64,000 nucleotides of DNA from an uncultured delta proteobacterium (GCA_963713045.1 CAVQKE010000004.1:416001-480000); one strand, 5' to 3'. Positions 8,189 to 18,099 are shown, numbered from the stretch's first letter. Notes: generated from the sequence alone by a model not told the origin. Made by a program: numbers and translations.

Positions 8189-11100
8189 ATGTACGCCGAA
8201 CTCGTCTGTCGCTCCAATTTCTCCTTCCTCCAAGGCGCCTCCCACCCAGAGGAGTTGGTGACTCAAGCCGCCGAGCTGGGGCTGTCCGCCCTGGCGCTGA
8301 CCGACCAGGACGGTCTCTACGGCGTGGTGAAGGCTTACCTCCAGGCGCGCGCGCTGGGGCTGAAGCTTCTCATCGGCAGTCGGTTGACCCTCACCGATGG
8401 CCCCGAGGTGGTGGCCCTGGTGCAGGACGCCGTGGGGTATGCCCACCTCTGCGAAGTCATCTCCCAAGGACGGCTTGCCCATCCCAAGGGGGAAGCGGGG
8501 GTGCCCTGGCAGTCGCTGGCCGAGCGGGCCGAGGGACTGCTGCTGCTGTTGCCCGCCCCGGCGCCCGGCCCCCAGGTGGCGCCGCTGGCCGAAGCTTTTC
8601 CCGGACGCTTCTACGTCGGCCTCTGTCGCACGTTTTCGGCCGGGGACGAAGCGCGGCTGCACCAGGCGCTGGCGCTGGCGCGCGGGCTCGACTTGCCCTT
8701 CTGTGCCCACAACGACGTGCACACCCACCTGCGGGAGCGCCAGCCCCTGCAGGACGTGGTGGCCTGCATCCGCCACGGCATCAGCGTGGCCGAAGCTGGC
8801 TTTCGCCTCTTTCCCAACGCCGAGCGGACGCTGAAGGCGCCCCTGGAGATGGCCCAACTCTTCACCGACTTGCCCGAAGCGGTGGGACGGACGCTGGAGG
8901 TGGCCGACGCCTGTCAATTTTCACTCGACACGTTGCGCTACCAGTTTCCCCAGGAGGACTTGCCGCTGGGGCACACCCCGCAGAGCTGGCTCGCCGCCTT
9001 GGTGGAAAAGGGCCTGCCCGCGCGCTACCCGGACGGCGTCCCCGAGGCAGTGCACCGGCAAATTGCCCATGAATTGGCCCTCATCGACCGACTGCAAGTG
9101 GCCGGCTACTTCCTTGCGCTGCATGACATTGTCCGCTTCGCGCTGGAGCGCGGCATCCTCTGTCAGGGCCGAGGCAGCGCCGCCAACTCGGCCGTCTGTT
9201 ACGCGCTGCAAATTACGTCCATCGACCCAGTCCGCATGGGGCTCCTCTTCGAGCGCTTCCTCAGCCTGGAGCGGCCCGAGCCCCCGGACATCGACGTGGA
9301 CTTCGAGCACGAGCGGCGGGAGGAGGTGCTGCAATACGTCTACCGGAAGCACGGGCGGTCCCGGGCCGGCATGGTGTGCGAAGTCATCTGCTACCGGGGC
9401 CGGCTGGCGGTGCGGGAAGTGGGGAAGGCACTCGGCCTGTCGCTGGACCAAGTGGACCGGTTGGCCCGCGTGACCGAGATGAGTGGCTCCTCCACGCTGG
9501 AGCCGGCGGACGTACGCCAGGCTGGGCTACGTCCAGAGGACAGGGGCGTGCAGCAGACGCTGGAGCTGGCCGCCGCCCTGGAGGGTTTCCCGCGGCACCT
9601 CTCCATCCACGTCGGCGGCTTCGTCATCACCCATGGAGAGCTGTCGGAATTGGTGCCGGTGGAGAATGCGGCGATGGCCGAGCGCACCGTCGTCCAGTGG
9701 GACAAGGACGACCTCGCCGCTTTGGGCGTCTTCAAAGTGGACTTGCTCGGCCTCGGCATGCTGACTGCGCTCAGCCGCGGCTTCCGGCTGGTGGAGCTGC
9801 ACGAGGGCAAGCGGCTCACCCTGGCCACGCTGCCCCCCGAGGACCCCGAGGTGTATGAGATGCTGGGCCGGGCGGACGCGGTGGGCGTCTTCCAGGTGGA
9901 AAGCCGGGCGCAGATGAATTTGCTGCCGCGGCTGCGGCCGCGAAGCTTCTACGACTTAACCATCGAGATTGCCCTCATCCGCCCGGGCCCCATTCTCGGG
10001 GACATGGTCCACCCCTTCCTCCGGCGCCGAGAGGGGCTGGAGGACGTCACCTACCCGTCAGAGGAGGTGAAGGCCATTCTCGAAAAGACGCTCGGCGTCC
10101 CTCTCTTCCAGGAGCAGGCGATGCGCCTGGCGATGACAGCGGCCGGGTTTGGCCAGGGGGACGCCGATGCACTCCGGCGGGCGCTGACGCACAAGCGGGC
10201 CTCGGTGCTGCTGCCCAGCTGGCGCGCCCGCTTCATCGAGGGTTGCGTCCGCCGCAGCTACAGCCGCGAGTATGCCGAGCGCTGCTTCGAGCAATTCAAG
10301 GGCTTCAGCCACTACGGCTTTCCCGAGTCGCACTCCGCCTCGTTTGCCCTCATCGCCTACGCCTCGGCCTACCTCAAGCGCTACCACCCGGCTGCCTTCG
10401 CTGCGGCACTCCTCAACAGCCAGCCGATGGGCTTCTACGCCCCACATACCCTGGTGGAAGACGCCCGCCGGCACGGGGTGGAGGTGCGGCCCGTCGACGT
10501 GCGCCACTCAGCTTGGGACTGCACCCTGGAAGCAGCCGCCCTCCGGCTCGGTCTCCGGGAGGTGCGAGGCCTTCACCAGACGCACGGGCAGGCGGTGGCC
10601 ACCGGCCGTCCGGCCGGAGGGGATGCGGACTTACGCGCCCTGGTGCGGCGGACGGGAATACTCCGCGGCGCGCTGGTGCGCCTGGCGCGCGCCGGCGCCC
10701 TGGACGGCCTGTGCGCTGAGCGCCGTCAGGCCCTGTGGGAAGTCCAAGCGCTGGCCACCACCGACCGGGGGGACCTCTTCCATGGCGAGCTTCTGGACAC
10801 CTCGCCTCAACCCGGTGGGCAGCCGAGTGCCGTCGAGCGGGTGGTGGAGGACTACCGGCACACCGGGCTTTCCCTGGAAAGGCACCCGGTGGCGTTTTTG
10901 CGCGAGCACCTCACCGCCCAGCGCGCTGTGTCCGCAGCACAGTTGCAGGACGTCCCCCACCGGGCGCGCGTCCGCATCGGTGGCCTCGTCACCTGCCGGC
11001 AGCGACCGCCCACCGCCAAGGGGGTGGCCTTCCTCACCCTGGAAGACGAGACGGGCATGGCCAACCTGGTGGTCCCATCCCGCACCTTTGAGCGCCAGCG

Positions 11101-11242
11101 CTCGGTGGTGCTTGGCTCGGCCTTCCTCCTCGCCGAGGGCCGCGTCGAGCGCACTGGGCAAGTGGTGAATGTCCAGGTGAGTCGTGTCTCCACCCTTGCA
11201 CTCCACGCGCCCTCGCCCCAGCTGGCGCTGCTGGACGTCTAG
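8189..11242 (+). CDS. dnaE2: Error-prone DNA polymerase III alpha DnaE2 (ImuC)
   Basis: MYAELVCRSNFSFLQGASHPEEL, QGRGSAANS, PPDIDVDFE, FPRHLSIHVGG, GFPESH, NSQPMGFY, RQRPPTAKG..FLTLEDETG. Confidence 0.95.
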   Translation: MYAELVCRSNFSFLQGASHPEELVTQAAELGLSALALTDQDGLYGVVKAYLQARALGLKLLIGSRLTLTDGPEVVALVQDAVGYAHLCEVISQGRLAHPKGEAGVPWQSLAERAEGLLLLLPAPAPGPQVAPLAEAFPGRFYVGLCRTFSAGDEARLHQALALARGLDLPFCAHNDVHTHLRERQPLQDVVACIRHGISVAEAGFRLFPNAERTLKAPLEMAQLFTDLPEAVGRTLEVADACQFSLDTLRYQFPQEDLPLGHTPQSWLAALVEKGLPARYPDGVPEAVHRQIAHELALIDRLQVAGYFLALHDIVRFALERGILCQGRGSAANSAVCYALQITSIDPVRMGLLFERFLSLERPEPPDIDVDFEHERREEVLQYVYRKHGRSRAGMVCEVICYRGRLAVREVGKALGLSLDQVDRLARVTEMSGSSTLEPADVRQAGLRPEDRGVQQTLELAAALEGFPRHLSIHVGGFVITHGELSELVPVENAAMAERTVVQWDKDDLAALGVFKVDLLGLGMLTALSRGFRLVELHEGKRLTLATLPPEDPEVYEMLGRADAVGVFQVESRAQMNLLPRLRPRSFYDLTIEIALIRPGPILGDMVHPFLRRREGLEDVTYPSEEVKAILEKTLGVPLFQEQAMRLAMTAAGFGQGDADALRRALTHKRASVLLPSWRARFIEGCVRRSYSREYAERCFEQFKGFSHYGFPESHSASFALIAYASAYLKRYHPAAFAAALLNSQPMGFYAPHTLVEDARRHGVEVRPVDVRHSAWDCTLEAAALRLGLREVRGLHQTHGQAVATGRPAGGDADLRALVRRTGILRGALVRLARAGALDGLCAERRQALWEVQALATTDRGDLFHGELLDTSPQPGGQPSAVERVVEDYRHTGLSLERHPVAFLREHLTAQRAVSAAQLQDVPHRARVRIGGLVTCRQRPPTAKGVAFLTLEDETGMANLVVPSRTFERQRSVVLGSAFLLAEGRVERTGQVVNVQVSRVSTLALHAPSPQLALLDV

Positions 11243-11341
11243 GGGCGGCGGCCCCCGGCCCTTCACTTTGCGTCCAATCGCCTCGGCCAGGGGTGCAGTG
11301 GCATGGTGCATTTCCCCCCGGGGTGCCCAAGGAGGCGGGAC

Positions 11342-11707
11342 ATGAAGCAGCTCCTGGTTTCAGCGGTTGCAGCCGTCGTCGTGTTTCTCGGCTGTTCCTC
11401 CGGAGGCACCAGCGCCACCGGCTATGTCTTAAACGTCAACAACTTCGACAGCTGGTGCACCGTCAGCGTGGACGGGGCGCCGCTCAACGCCAGCGCCAGT
11501 TACACCTTCGACGCTGGCACCGTCGTCGACTTGGACGCCACCGCCAACGCTGGCTTCGTTTGGGCCTATTGGCTCAACACCGACGGCGCCGCCGCCAACG
11601 GCGGCAAGGACCCCGAGATGTCAACCACCGTGACGATGACGTCCAACAAGGACGTCCTCGCCTGCTGCGACAACCTGCCTTCTCAACCCTGTCCCTCGTC
11701 CCTCTAA
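11342..11707 (+). CDS. Small lipoprotein, InlB B-repeat-like beta fold
   Basis: AGGAGG RBS; lipobox FLGC; GTVVDLDATANAGFVWAYW..TTVTMTSNK pattern. Confidence 0.6.
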   Translation: MKQLLVSAVAAVVVFLGCSSGGTSATGYVLNVNNFDSWCTVSVDGAPLNASASYTFDAGTVVDLDATANAGFVWAYWLNTDGAAANGGKDPEMSTTVTMTSNKDVLACCDNLPSQPCPSSL

Positions 11708-11732
11708 GCGGGGCGATGCTTCGGCCAACAGC

Positions 11733-12128
11733 ATGAAGCGAGCAACCAAGCCGGCGAAGCCCGCGCCCCTGGCCAACGGGGACCATTCCCGCCTGACGGT
11801 GCTGCTGCAGGCGCTGCGGGCCGACCCCATGCTTGCCGCCCTTCTGGACGAAATGGAGCGCGCATCGAAGGCGCAGCCTGGCCGCAGGTTTGGCTCCAAT
11901 GGCCTCAAAGTGAAGGGCAAGCTGTTCGCGCTCTTCACCCGAGGAAATTTGGTGGTGAAGCTTCCAGCGGGGCGGGTGACGGCGCTGGTGGCTTCCGGCA
12001 CCGGGCAGCGCTTCGACCCGGGGCATGGACGGCTGATGAAGGAATGGCTCACCGTCACCAGCCTCCAGGCACCCTGGACGGACCTGGTGAAGGAAGCGCA
12101 CGCCTTTGTGGAGAAGGCGAAGCGCTAG
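11733..12128 (+). CDS. TfoX-N/MmcQ-YjbR-like small protein
   Basis: FGSNGLKVKGKLFA..LVVKLP..FDPGHGRLMKEW..LVKEAHAFV. Confidence 0.65.
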   Translation: MKRATKPAKPAPLANGDHSRLTVLLQALRADPMLAALLDEMERASKAQPGRRFGSNGLKVKGKLFALFTRGNLVVKLPAGRVTALVASGTGQRFDPGHGRLMKEWLTVTSLQAPWTDLVKEAHAFVEKAKR

Positions 12129-12149
12129 CAGACCAGCTGCCCTCCTGCT

Positions 12150-13637
12150 TCAGCCAATAATCATCTCTTCCCGCTCGAGCGACGGCCGGGAAAAGCGCTC
12201 GAGGCTGAAGCGGCTGAAAAGGTCGTCCGGATGGCCGGTCACCATCCACTCCGCCATTCGCTCGGCGACCGCTGGGGCCATCATGAAGCCGTGGCCGACG
12301 AAGCCGGACAGCTGCAGCAGGTTCTCCAGTCCGGGCGTCCGGCCGAGAATGGGGTTGTTGTCCGGCGTCACGTCGTAGCAGCCCGCCCACTGCCTCAGCA
12401 CCTTCACCTTTCCCAAAATGGGCAGCTGCTCGGTCAGGGCGCGGCTGAAGCGAGCGAGAAAGCGCAAGGTGGAACCCTGCTCCAGCGCAACCGGTTCGCG
12501 GGGGTCACCCATGCCGCCGACAATCTCGCCGCGCATCGACTGGCTGAAGTACAGGCCCGAGTCGAGCAGCGAGACGAGCGGCCCGAGGAAGGGCTTGAGA
12601 GGTTCGGTGCTGAGAATCTCATGCCGGTAGGGTTGGTTGGGCAGCGCCACCGAGGCCAGTTTGGCCACCTCGGGACTCCATGCGCCGGCGGCCAGCACCA
12701 CCGTTTGGCAGGCAATCTCACCTCGGTCGGTCTGGACGTGCGTCAGCCGTCCGCCGGAGCGCCGAAGGCCAGTCACGTCGGTAAACGTCTCCACCTGCAC
12801 GCCGCGCCGGCGCGCCGCCTGCGCATAACCCCACAAAAAGGGCCAGGGGAAGATGACGCCGTCTTCGGGGTGGTAGGCCGCCAGGATGACGTCTTTCAGG
12901 GTCAGCTGGGGCACCAACTCTCGAGAGGCGTCCGGGGAGAGAATTTCCGTCCGCACCCCGTGGCGGTTGTGGAGTTTGGCGTTGCGCTCCAGGCGCTCGG
13001 CGATGAGGGGACTTTTTGCCAGGAAGAGGTAGCCGCCCTGACGCAGCCAAATGTTGATGCCCATCTCCCCGGCAAACTGCTTCATCAATTCTACCGAGCG
13101 CTTGGCCAATTCAATGTTGGCCTCCGTGCCCCATTGCATGCGGACACCGCCGCCGTTGCGGCCCGAGGCGCCGGCGCACAGGTAGTCCTTCTCCAGCACC
13201 ACCACCTCGGTGCAGCCCCGCTTGGCCAGGTTGTGCGCCAGGGCCAGCCCCATCACGCCGCCGCCGATGATGACCACGTCTGCCCGCTGGGGCACCGGCC
13301 CTTCGGGGCGCAGCGCCAAATTGGACTGGCCGACCGACGGCGGAATGCCGGGCGAAGGCGTCTCCTCTTCGTCCACGGGGAGCGAGGCCAGGACACTCAA
13401 CTCGGTGGGCAGAAGCGGGGGGCGGGGTGTGAAGGGCAGCACCGCTTCGGGGGTGACGCCGGCGGTGCGCGCCAGCACCTGGGCCACCGCGTTGAGGCAA
13501 CTCTTCCCCTGGCAGATGCCGGTGCCGAAGCCGGTATAGCGCTTGATGCTTTCCACGTCCCGGAAGCCCTTGGCGATGGCTGCTTCGACGTCGTCGAGGG
13601 TGACGTCCTCACAGGCGCAGAGGAGGGCCTTGCTCAA
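12150..13637 (-). CDS. FAD-dependent oxidoreductase (sarcosine oxidase beta/proline dehydrogenase beta-like) with N-terminal BFD-like [2Fe-2S] module
   Basis: CACEDV..GICQGKSC then VIIGGGVMG, GASGRNGG, WAGCYDVTPD..PILG, GHGF; TTG start overlaps upstream stop. Confidence 0.85.
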   Translation of the reverse strand: MSKALLCACEDVTLDDVEAAIAKGFRDVESIKRYTGFGTGICQGKSCLNAVAQVLARTAGVTPEAVLPFTPRPPLLPTELSVLASLPVDEEETPSPGIPPSVGQSNLALRPEGPVPQRADVVIIGGGVMGLALAHNLAKRGCTEVVVLEKDYLCAGASGRNGGGVRMQWGTEANIELAKRSVELMKQFAGEMGINIWLRQGGYLFLAKSPLIAERLERNAKLHNRHGVRTEILSPDASRELVPQLTLKDVILAAYHPEDGVIFPWPFLWGYAQAARRRGVQVETFTDVTGLRRSGGRLTHVQTDRGEIACQTVVLAAGAWSPEVAKLASVALPNQPYRHEILSTEPLKPFLGPLVSLLDSGLYFSQSMRGEIVGGMGDPREPVALEQGSTLRFLARFSRALTEQLPILGKVKVLRQWAGCYDVTPDNNPILGRTPGLENLLQLSGFVGHGFMMAPAVAERMAEWMVTGHPDDLFSRFSLERFSRPSLEREEMIIG

Positions 13638-14968
13638 CGTCCCACCTCGCGCGCCAGCGCGGCGGCGGCGCGTCGGCCAGACTCGGCGGCCAGCGCCGCG
13701 GTGGTGCCGCCGAGCGCGTCCCCGGCCACGGAAACACCCGCGGCGGCCGTCTGGCCGTCGCCGTCGGCCTCGACGACGAAGACGCCCAAGCCGGGGTGGA
13801 AGGCGGCGCGCGCGCCGGCATGGACTGCCACTTCGTATGCTGGGGTGGGGGGCGTGCTGAGGACCACCGCGTCGCACGGTACTTTTTTGCGGCCCGCGCC
13901 CGTCAGCACCACGCTGAGGGCCTGGACCCGGGCCCGGCCGTGGGCTTCCAGGACGGCGCCGGCCCGTGCGCCAGGGGCTGGGTTGGGCCCGGTGTCCAAG
14001 ACAAGGGCCGGAGCGGCCCCGGCCTCCGTCAGCAGCTTCGCCAGCGCTGGCAACTCAGGCCCATGGCCCACCACCGCAGGGGACTCGGCCGGAAGCACGC
14101 CCCGTCGGCGCACCAAGTCACTGACGGCGCGTCCGCTGAAGACGCCAGGCAAGTCATTCTCCAGAAAGGGAAGCAGCGACGCGTGCCCACCCAGGGCCAA
14201 TAAAAACCGCGCCGCCCGCACCAGAAGCAGGCGCGGGACACCCTGCCTCACCGCGACGGCGGCCAGGAAGCGCCCGCGCGGGCCGTTGTACAACCCAAGC
14301 ACCGTGGTGCCGAGGTGCACCGTCCCGGCGCCGGGGACAAGCTGCAGGCTGGCTGGGGCCCCGGGCTCCGGCGCCCCCAATCGCCAGCGGCCCCCCAGCG
14401 CCTCCTCGCGCTCCAACAGGACGAAACGGACGCCCTGGGCGGACAGCACTTGGGCGGCGGCCAGGCCCGCGGCTCCACCCCCGGCAATGGCCACGTCTGT
14501 CTCCAGCACCTCCGCCGGTGGACGCTCCCCGGCCGGCTGGTCCGGAAGCAGGCCAAGTCCCGCCAGGTGGCGCGCCACCTTCACCATCACCCGCCGGGCG
14601 ACGCGGACACCGGCGAACATGGCGTGGTGGTCGAGTCCGCCTGGAAACAGCCAGTCAATGGACGAGAAGACGTCCACTTTGGCTGAGGGGTAGCTGTTTT
14701 GGCGGTGCAGCACCATGCCAGCGCGCGCCGGAATGCGGCAGGAGAAGAGGTTGGGCGTGCCGTCCACCCGGAGCAGGCAATGGGAGCAGGCAGCGGCCAG
14801 GCAGAAGGGGCCCCGCGGCCGGTGGTACTTCACGCTTCGGGACAACACGCTGTGCCCGGCCGCCAGCAGGGACACCGCCACCGGCTCGCCGGCCCTGGCC
14901 GGCACGTCCTCGCCTTCGAAGTCGACGTTGACGCTGTCTTCGGCTGGAACGGGGACGAGGCGGCGCAT
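13634..14968 (-). CDS. Sarcosine oxidase alpha/proline dehydrogenase alpha-like subunit (Fer2_4 + Rossmann)
   Basis: SRSVKYHRPRGPFCLAAACSHCLLRVDG..C, IAGGGAAGL, FLENDLPGV, VAGD. Confidence 0.85.
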   Translation of the reverse strand: MRRLVPVPAEDSVNVDFEGEDVPARAGEPVAVSLLAAGHSVLSRSVKYHRPRGPFCLAAACSHCLLRVDGTPNLFSCRIPARAGMVLHRQNSYPSAKVDVFSSIDWLFPGGLDHHAMFAGVRVARRVMVKVARHLAGLGLLPDQPAGERPPAEVLETDVAIAGGGAAGLAAAQVLSAQGVRFVLLEREEALGGRWRLGAPEPGAPASLQLVPGAGTVHLGTTVLGLYNGPRGRFLAAVAVRQGVPRLLLVRAARFLLALGGHASLLPFLENDLPGVFSGRAVSDLVRRRGVLPAESPAVVGHGPELPALAKLLTEAGAAPALVLDTGPNPAPGARAGAVLEAHGRARVQALSVVLTGAGRKKVPCDAVVLSTPPTPAYEVAVHAGARAAFHPGLGVFVVEADGDGQTAAAGVSVAGDALGGTTAALAAESGRRAAAALAREVGR

Positions 14969-15024
14969 GGCAGGTGGGGCTTTCGGCCGCTTTTAGTGTG
15001 GAAGCCCTGGCCGCCCCAAGCGCT

Positions 15025-15585
15025 TCAGTGCGCCCCAGCGGGCTCCTCGGCTTTGGCTTCGGCGCGTGCCTGGGGTGGCGCGGCCAGGCTGGCCCGCTCG
15101 GCATCCGTCAGCTGTGGCAGGTGGCGGAGGAAGGCCACCAGCTTCCACAGCGTGTCGCTCGACTCACTCTTGGAAAAGGCTGGCATGCCGGACATGCGGA
15201 TGCCGCTGGAGATGACTTGGTACAGTTCGCCGTCCGAGGCTTCCTGGCTGTCAGCGTCCGCAAGGTCCGGTGCCGCCGGGTTGAGGCCCCGGGCAATGCC
15301 ACTGGGCCGCAGCCCGGGCGCGCTGTGGCAGACCAGGCAGTGCGCGCGGTATTCGGCCAACCCTCGGGCGAGGACTTCCGGCGTCACCGCGACGGGGTTC
15401 TGGCCTTTGGGGGCGCGGTGCTCCACCGAGCGGTCGACGACGAAATTGGCGAGGGCCGTTTCCAGCTTCCCCGGCGTGGCCGTGGCCGAGACGTCCCACA
15501 GGCCAAAGCCAAACACCACGCCCAAAAGCAGCAGCAGCGCCGCGCCGGCGGCGAGCCAGACGACGACGGCCTTGGGCCGCTTCAT
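15025..15585 (-). CDS. Membrane-anchored monoheme cytochrome c
   Basis: N-terminal TM helix; CLVCH; SDGELY..I..GIRMSGMPAF. Confidence 0.85.
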   Translation of the reverse strand: MKRPKAVVVWLAAGAALLLLLGVVFGFGLWDVSATATPGKLETALANFVVDRSVEHRAPKGQNPVAVTPEVLARGLAEYRAHCLVCHSAPGLRPSGIARGLNPAAPDLADADSQEASDGELYQVISSGIRMSGMPAFSKSESSDTLWKLVAFLRHLPQLTDAERASLAAPPQARAEAKAEEPAGAH

Positions 15586-15723
15586 GGGTTTCTTGGCTCC
15601 TACAGCGGACGGGGCCGGACGCCGGCGCCCCGTGCGTGAAAAAACCGGACAGGCCCAGGGGCACCATGCCACGCCGCCGCGGGCCGGGTGAAGGAGGAAT
15701 GCCTTTCTGGGACGCTGGCCTTT

Positions 15724-16209
15724 CTAGTGAAAGACGAGACAGTCCAGGGTGAAGAGGACCAGGAGCCCCAGCGCCAACAGCCCTTTGCCCAAGGAGGCCG
15801 CCAGGACGCCCAGGCCTGCGCCGACGCCGGACTTGATTGCGTCGGTGGGACCGCGGCGAGCCAGGACGAATTCACCCAAAGCGGCCCCCACCACCGGCCC
15901 CAACAGGAGGCCGGGCAAGCCGAAGAAGAGGCCCACCAATCCGCCGACCAGGGCGCCCCAGACGCCCGCCCGGGTGGCGCCGGCCCGCCGACTGCTGAGG
16001 GCGGTCGCCGCAAAGTCCACCACGAAGCCCAAGGCCGCAACGGCGGCGAAGACGGCGACGGTCCACCAGAAAAGCACGCCGGGCACCAGCAGCCGGTGGA
16101 CAAAGGCCCCCAGCGCCATCAGGGGCAGGCCGGGAATGGCCGGAAGCCAGACGCCCAGAAAGCCCACCGCCAACAGCAGCATGGAAAGCACCCAGCCGAG
16201 CCACACCAT
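15724..16209 (-). CDS. DUF456 (YqgC-like) membrane protein
   Basis: PAIPGLPL..GATRAGVWGALVGGLVG..LLGPVVGAALGE; hydrophobic throughout. Confidence 0.8.
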   Translation of the reverse strand: MVWLGWVLSMLLLAVGFLGVWLPAIPGLPLMALGAFVHRLLVPGVLFWWTVAVFAAVAALGFVVDFAATALSSRRAGATRAGVWGALVGGLVGLFFGLPGLLLGPVVGAALGEFVLARRGPTDAIKSGVGAGLGVLAASLGKGLLALGLLVLFTLDCLVFH

Positions 16210-16280
16210 GTGCTTTTTTTCCGTTTCCTGGCCTGCCGCGACGGCCTGCGGGCCCCCGGCCGGAAGGCCGCCTCGGGCCC

Positions 16281-18011
16281 CTAAAAGGTGAGGTGTCGGC
16301 CCTTCTGACGCCGGGTGTAGATGCTGAAGGTGGCCGTCGCCTCGCCGACGCCCATGTTGCCTGACTCGCCGATGCCGGAGGCGCCAAACTCCTCCCACTC
16401 CAGCGCCGAGTCGGTGCCGTCGTTCTCCTTCAACATGCCCCCCAGCGTGCGCCGGCCGAGCTGCAGCTTCTTGTCGTCGCGCGTCCACAGCGAAGTCGCC
16501 AAGTCGTGCGGGTTCTGGAAGAGGCAGAAGCGCACGTAGGATTCAAAATCCGCCATCTCCATTCCCACCAGAATGGGCATGAAGAATTCCGTGGTGGCCA
16601 GCGGGAAGTCACCGACGCCCCGGCCATCCCAGTTGACGCGGACGGTGGTGTCCGGACGGATGCGCAACAGCGCCGGCTTCACCGCTTCGGAGTGCTCGCC
16701 ATAGGCGCCCTCGGCGCGGCCACCCTCTCGCAGCACGCCGACGCCGGGCTGCTTCTTGGCCGCGGCGACGATGTCCACCAGGGTCTGCGCCTTGTGCACC
16801 ATCAGTGGGCTCACCACCTTGTCGTCGGTGGCTTCGCGTGGGTCGGCCACCCGCCAGCTGCCCATCTCCTCGTCGATGAAGCGCAGGAGGCTGTCCAGCG
16901 TCTTTGCCGAGGCAGCGACGCCGTGCAGCGAGGTGCACTTGTGGGAGCCAAACCCCAGCTTGGAATAGGTGAGACGGACGGCGATTTTCTTGAGTTCCGC
17001 CTCGCTGTAGCCGTCGTCCACCCAGGCCCAGTTGCAGCCTCCACCCTCGAAGCGCAGGCGGCGGAGACCGCGGCCTGCTTGAATTTTTCTTGCCGTCTCA
17101 CTGGAGCCAGTGACGGCCACCACCGCCACCCGCTCGTCCGTGGCCAGGCCAGCGATGCCGCCGCCGAAGCCTTCCACCTTCTGGACGTAGGCCGGGTCGG
17201 CGCCGGCGGCCAGCAGCATCCGCACCATGGTGGTGTTGCTGAGGGCGGCGAAGGGGTGGCCCTTGTAGATGAAGGGCACCCCGGCCAGGTACGCGCCCAT
17301 CAGGTGAATGCCGGGAATCCCGTAGATGAAATTCATCGGAGAGATGATGACGCTCACCCCCGCCGGCAGGTAGGCGTTGCGCCAGTAGCTTTGGCCGGGG
17401 ACGAGGGGGGGGAGCAACTCGCCCTGAATGGCGGCCTCGACCGAGCCCTCGAGGAGGTCCGCGGCGCGCTTGGCCTCAAAGAAGTCCTTTTGCGCTTCGA
17501 GTCGCGTCTTGGGGATTTGCTGGCGGATTTCGCGGAGGCAGTCTTCGGTGAAGTAGTCCAGCATCCGGCTCCAATTCTTCACCACGTGCTTGCGGTAGCT
17601 GAAGACCTCCTCGGCCCAAGACAGGCTCTTCCACGCCGCGTCGGCGGCGGCGACCGCCCGCTCCACGTCCTCCGCCGTCGAGGCGGCCACCTCCATCAGC
17701 GCGATGCGGCGGTCGGCGAGGCTGCGCAGCGTCGCCATCTCCCCCTTCGCCGGAAGGCTCCACTGCCCGGCGATGAAGTTGGTGACGCGAATCGGCTTGT
17801 CCCCCGAGCGCTGCGGAATGTGCCCTCCGTGGCAGAAGAGGTAGGGCCGCAGGGCCTCGAGGTCCTTGTCGGACAAAAGGTTGGAGAAGAGGGAGTAGCC
17901 GCCCCGGCGCTCGGGGTAGAGGGCGGCCAGGGGGTCCGGGCCCAGCTGGCCGGCCTCGCAAAAGGCGGTGATGGCCGAGGTGAGTTTCGGGAAGGTGGCG
18001 GTCAGCGACAT
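16281..18011 (-). CDS. Divergent aldehyde dehydrogenase family protein
   Basis: NFIAGQW, ISPMNF, VTGSSETA, FEGGG, catalytic Cys region SHKCTS, EFFMP, FGASGIGESG. Confidence 0.8.
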   Translation of the reverse strand: MSLTATFPKLTSAITAFCEAGQLGPDPLAALYPERRGGYSLFSNLLSDKDLEALRPYLFCHGGHIPQRSGDKPIRVTNFIAGQWSLPAKGEMATLRSLADRRIALMEVAASTAEDVERAVAAADAAWKSLSWAEEVFSYRKHVVKNWSRMLDYFTEDCLREIRQQIPKTRLEAQKDFFEAKRAADLLEGSVEAAIQGELLPPLVPGQSYWRNAYLPAGVSVIISPMNFIYGIPGIHLMGAYLAGVPFIYKGHPFAALSNTTMVRMLLAAGADPAYVQKVEGFGGGIAGLATDERVAVVAVTGSSETARKIQAGRGLRRLRFEGGGCNWAWVDDGYSEAELKKIAVRLTYSKLGFGSHKCTSLHGVAASAKTLDSLLRFIDEEMGSWRVADPREATDDKVVSPLMVHKAQTLVDIVAAAKKQPGVGVLREGGRAEGAYGEHSEAVKPALLRIRPDTTVRVNWDGRGVGDFPLATTEFFMPILVGMEMADFESYVRFCLFQNPHDLATSLWTRDDKKLQLGRRTLGGMLKENDGTDSALEWEEFGASGIGESGNMGVGEATATFSIYTRRQKGRHLTF

Positions 18012-18099
18012 GAAGAGCGGCTCCCTAGGGCAGCAAAGAGGGCGAGAGGCTTCCTATAGCGCCCTCGGGTTGGCCGATTCCAGGGCTCCGCCCCGCCCG

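Noticed and set aside
12231..14693. 820-aa plus-strand ORF
   Set aside because: Antisense shadow of the two oxidase genes; stop-poor frames are expected at this GC content and it has no domain motifs.
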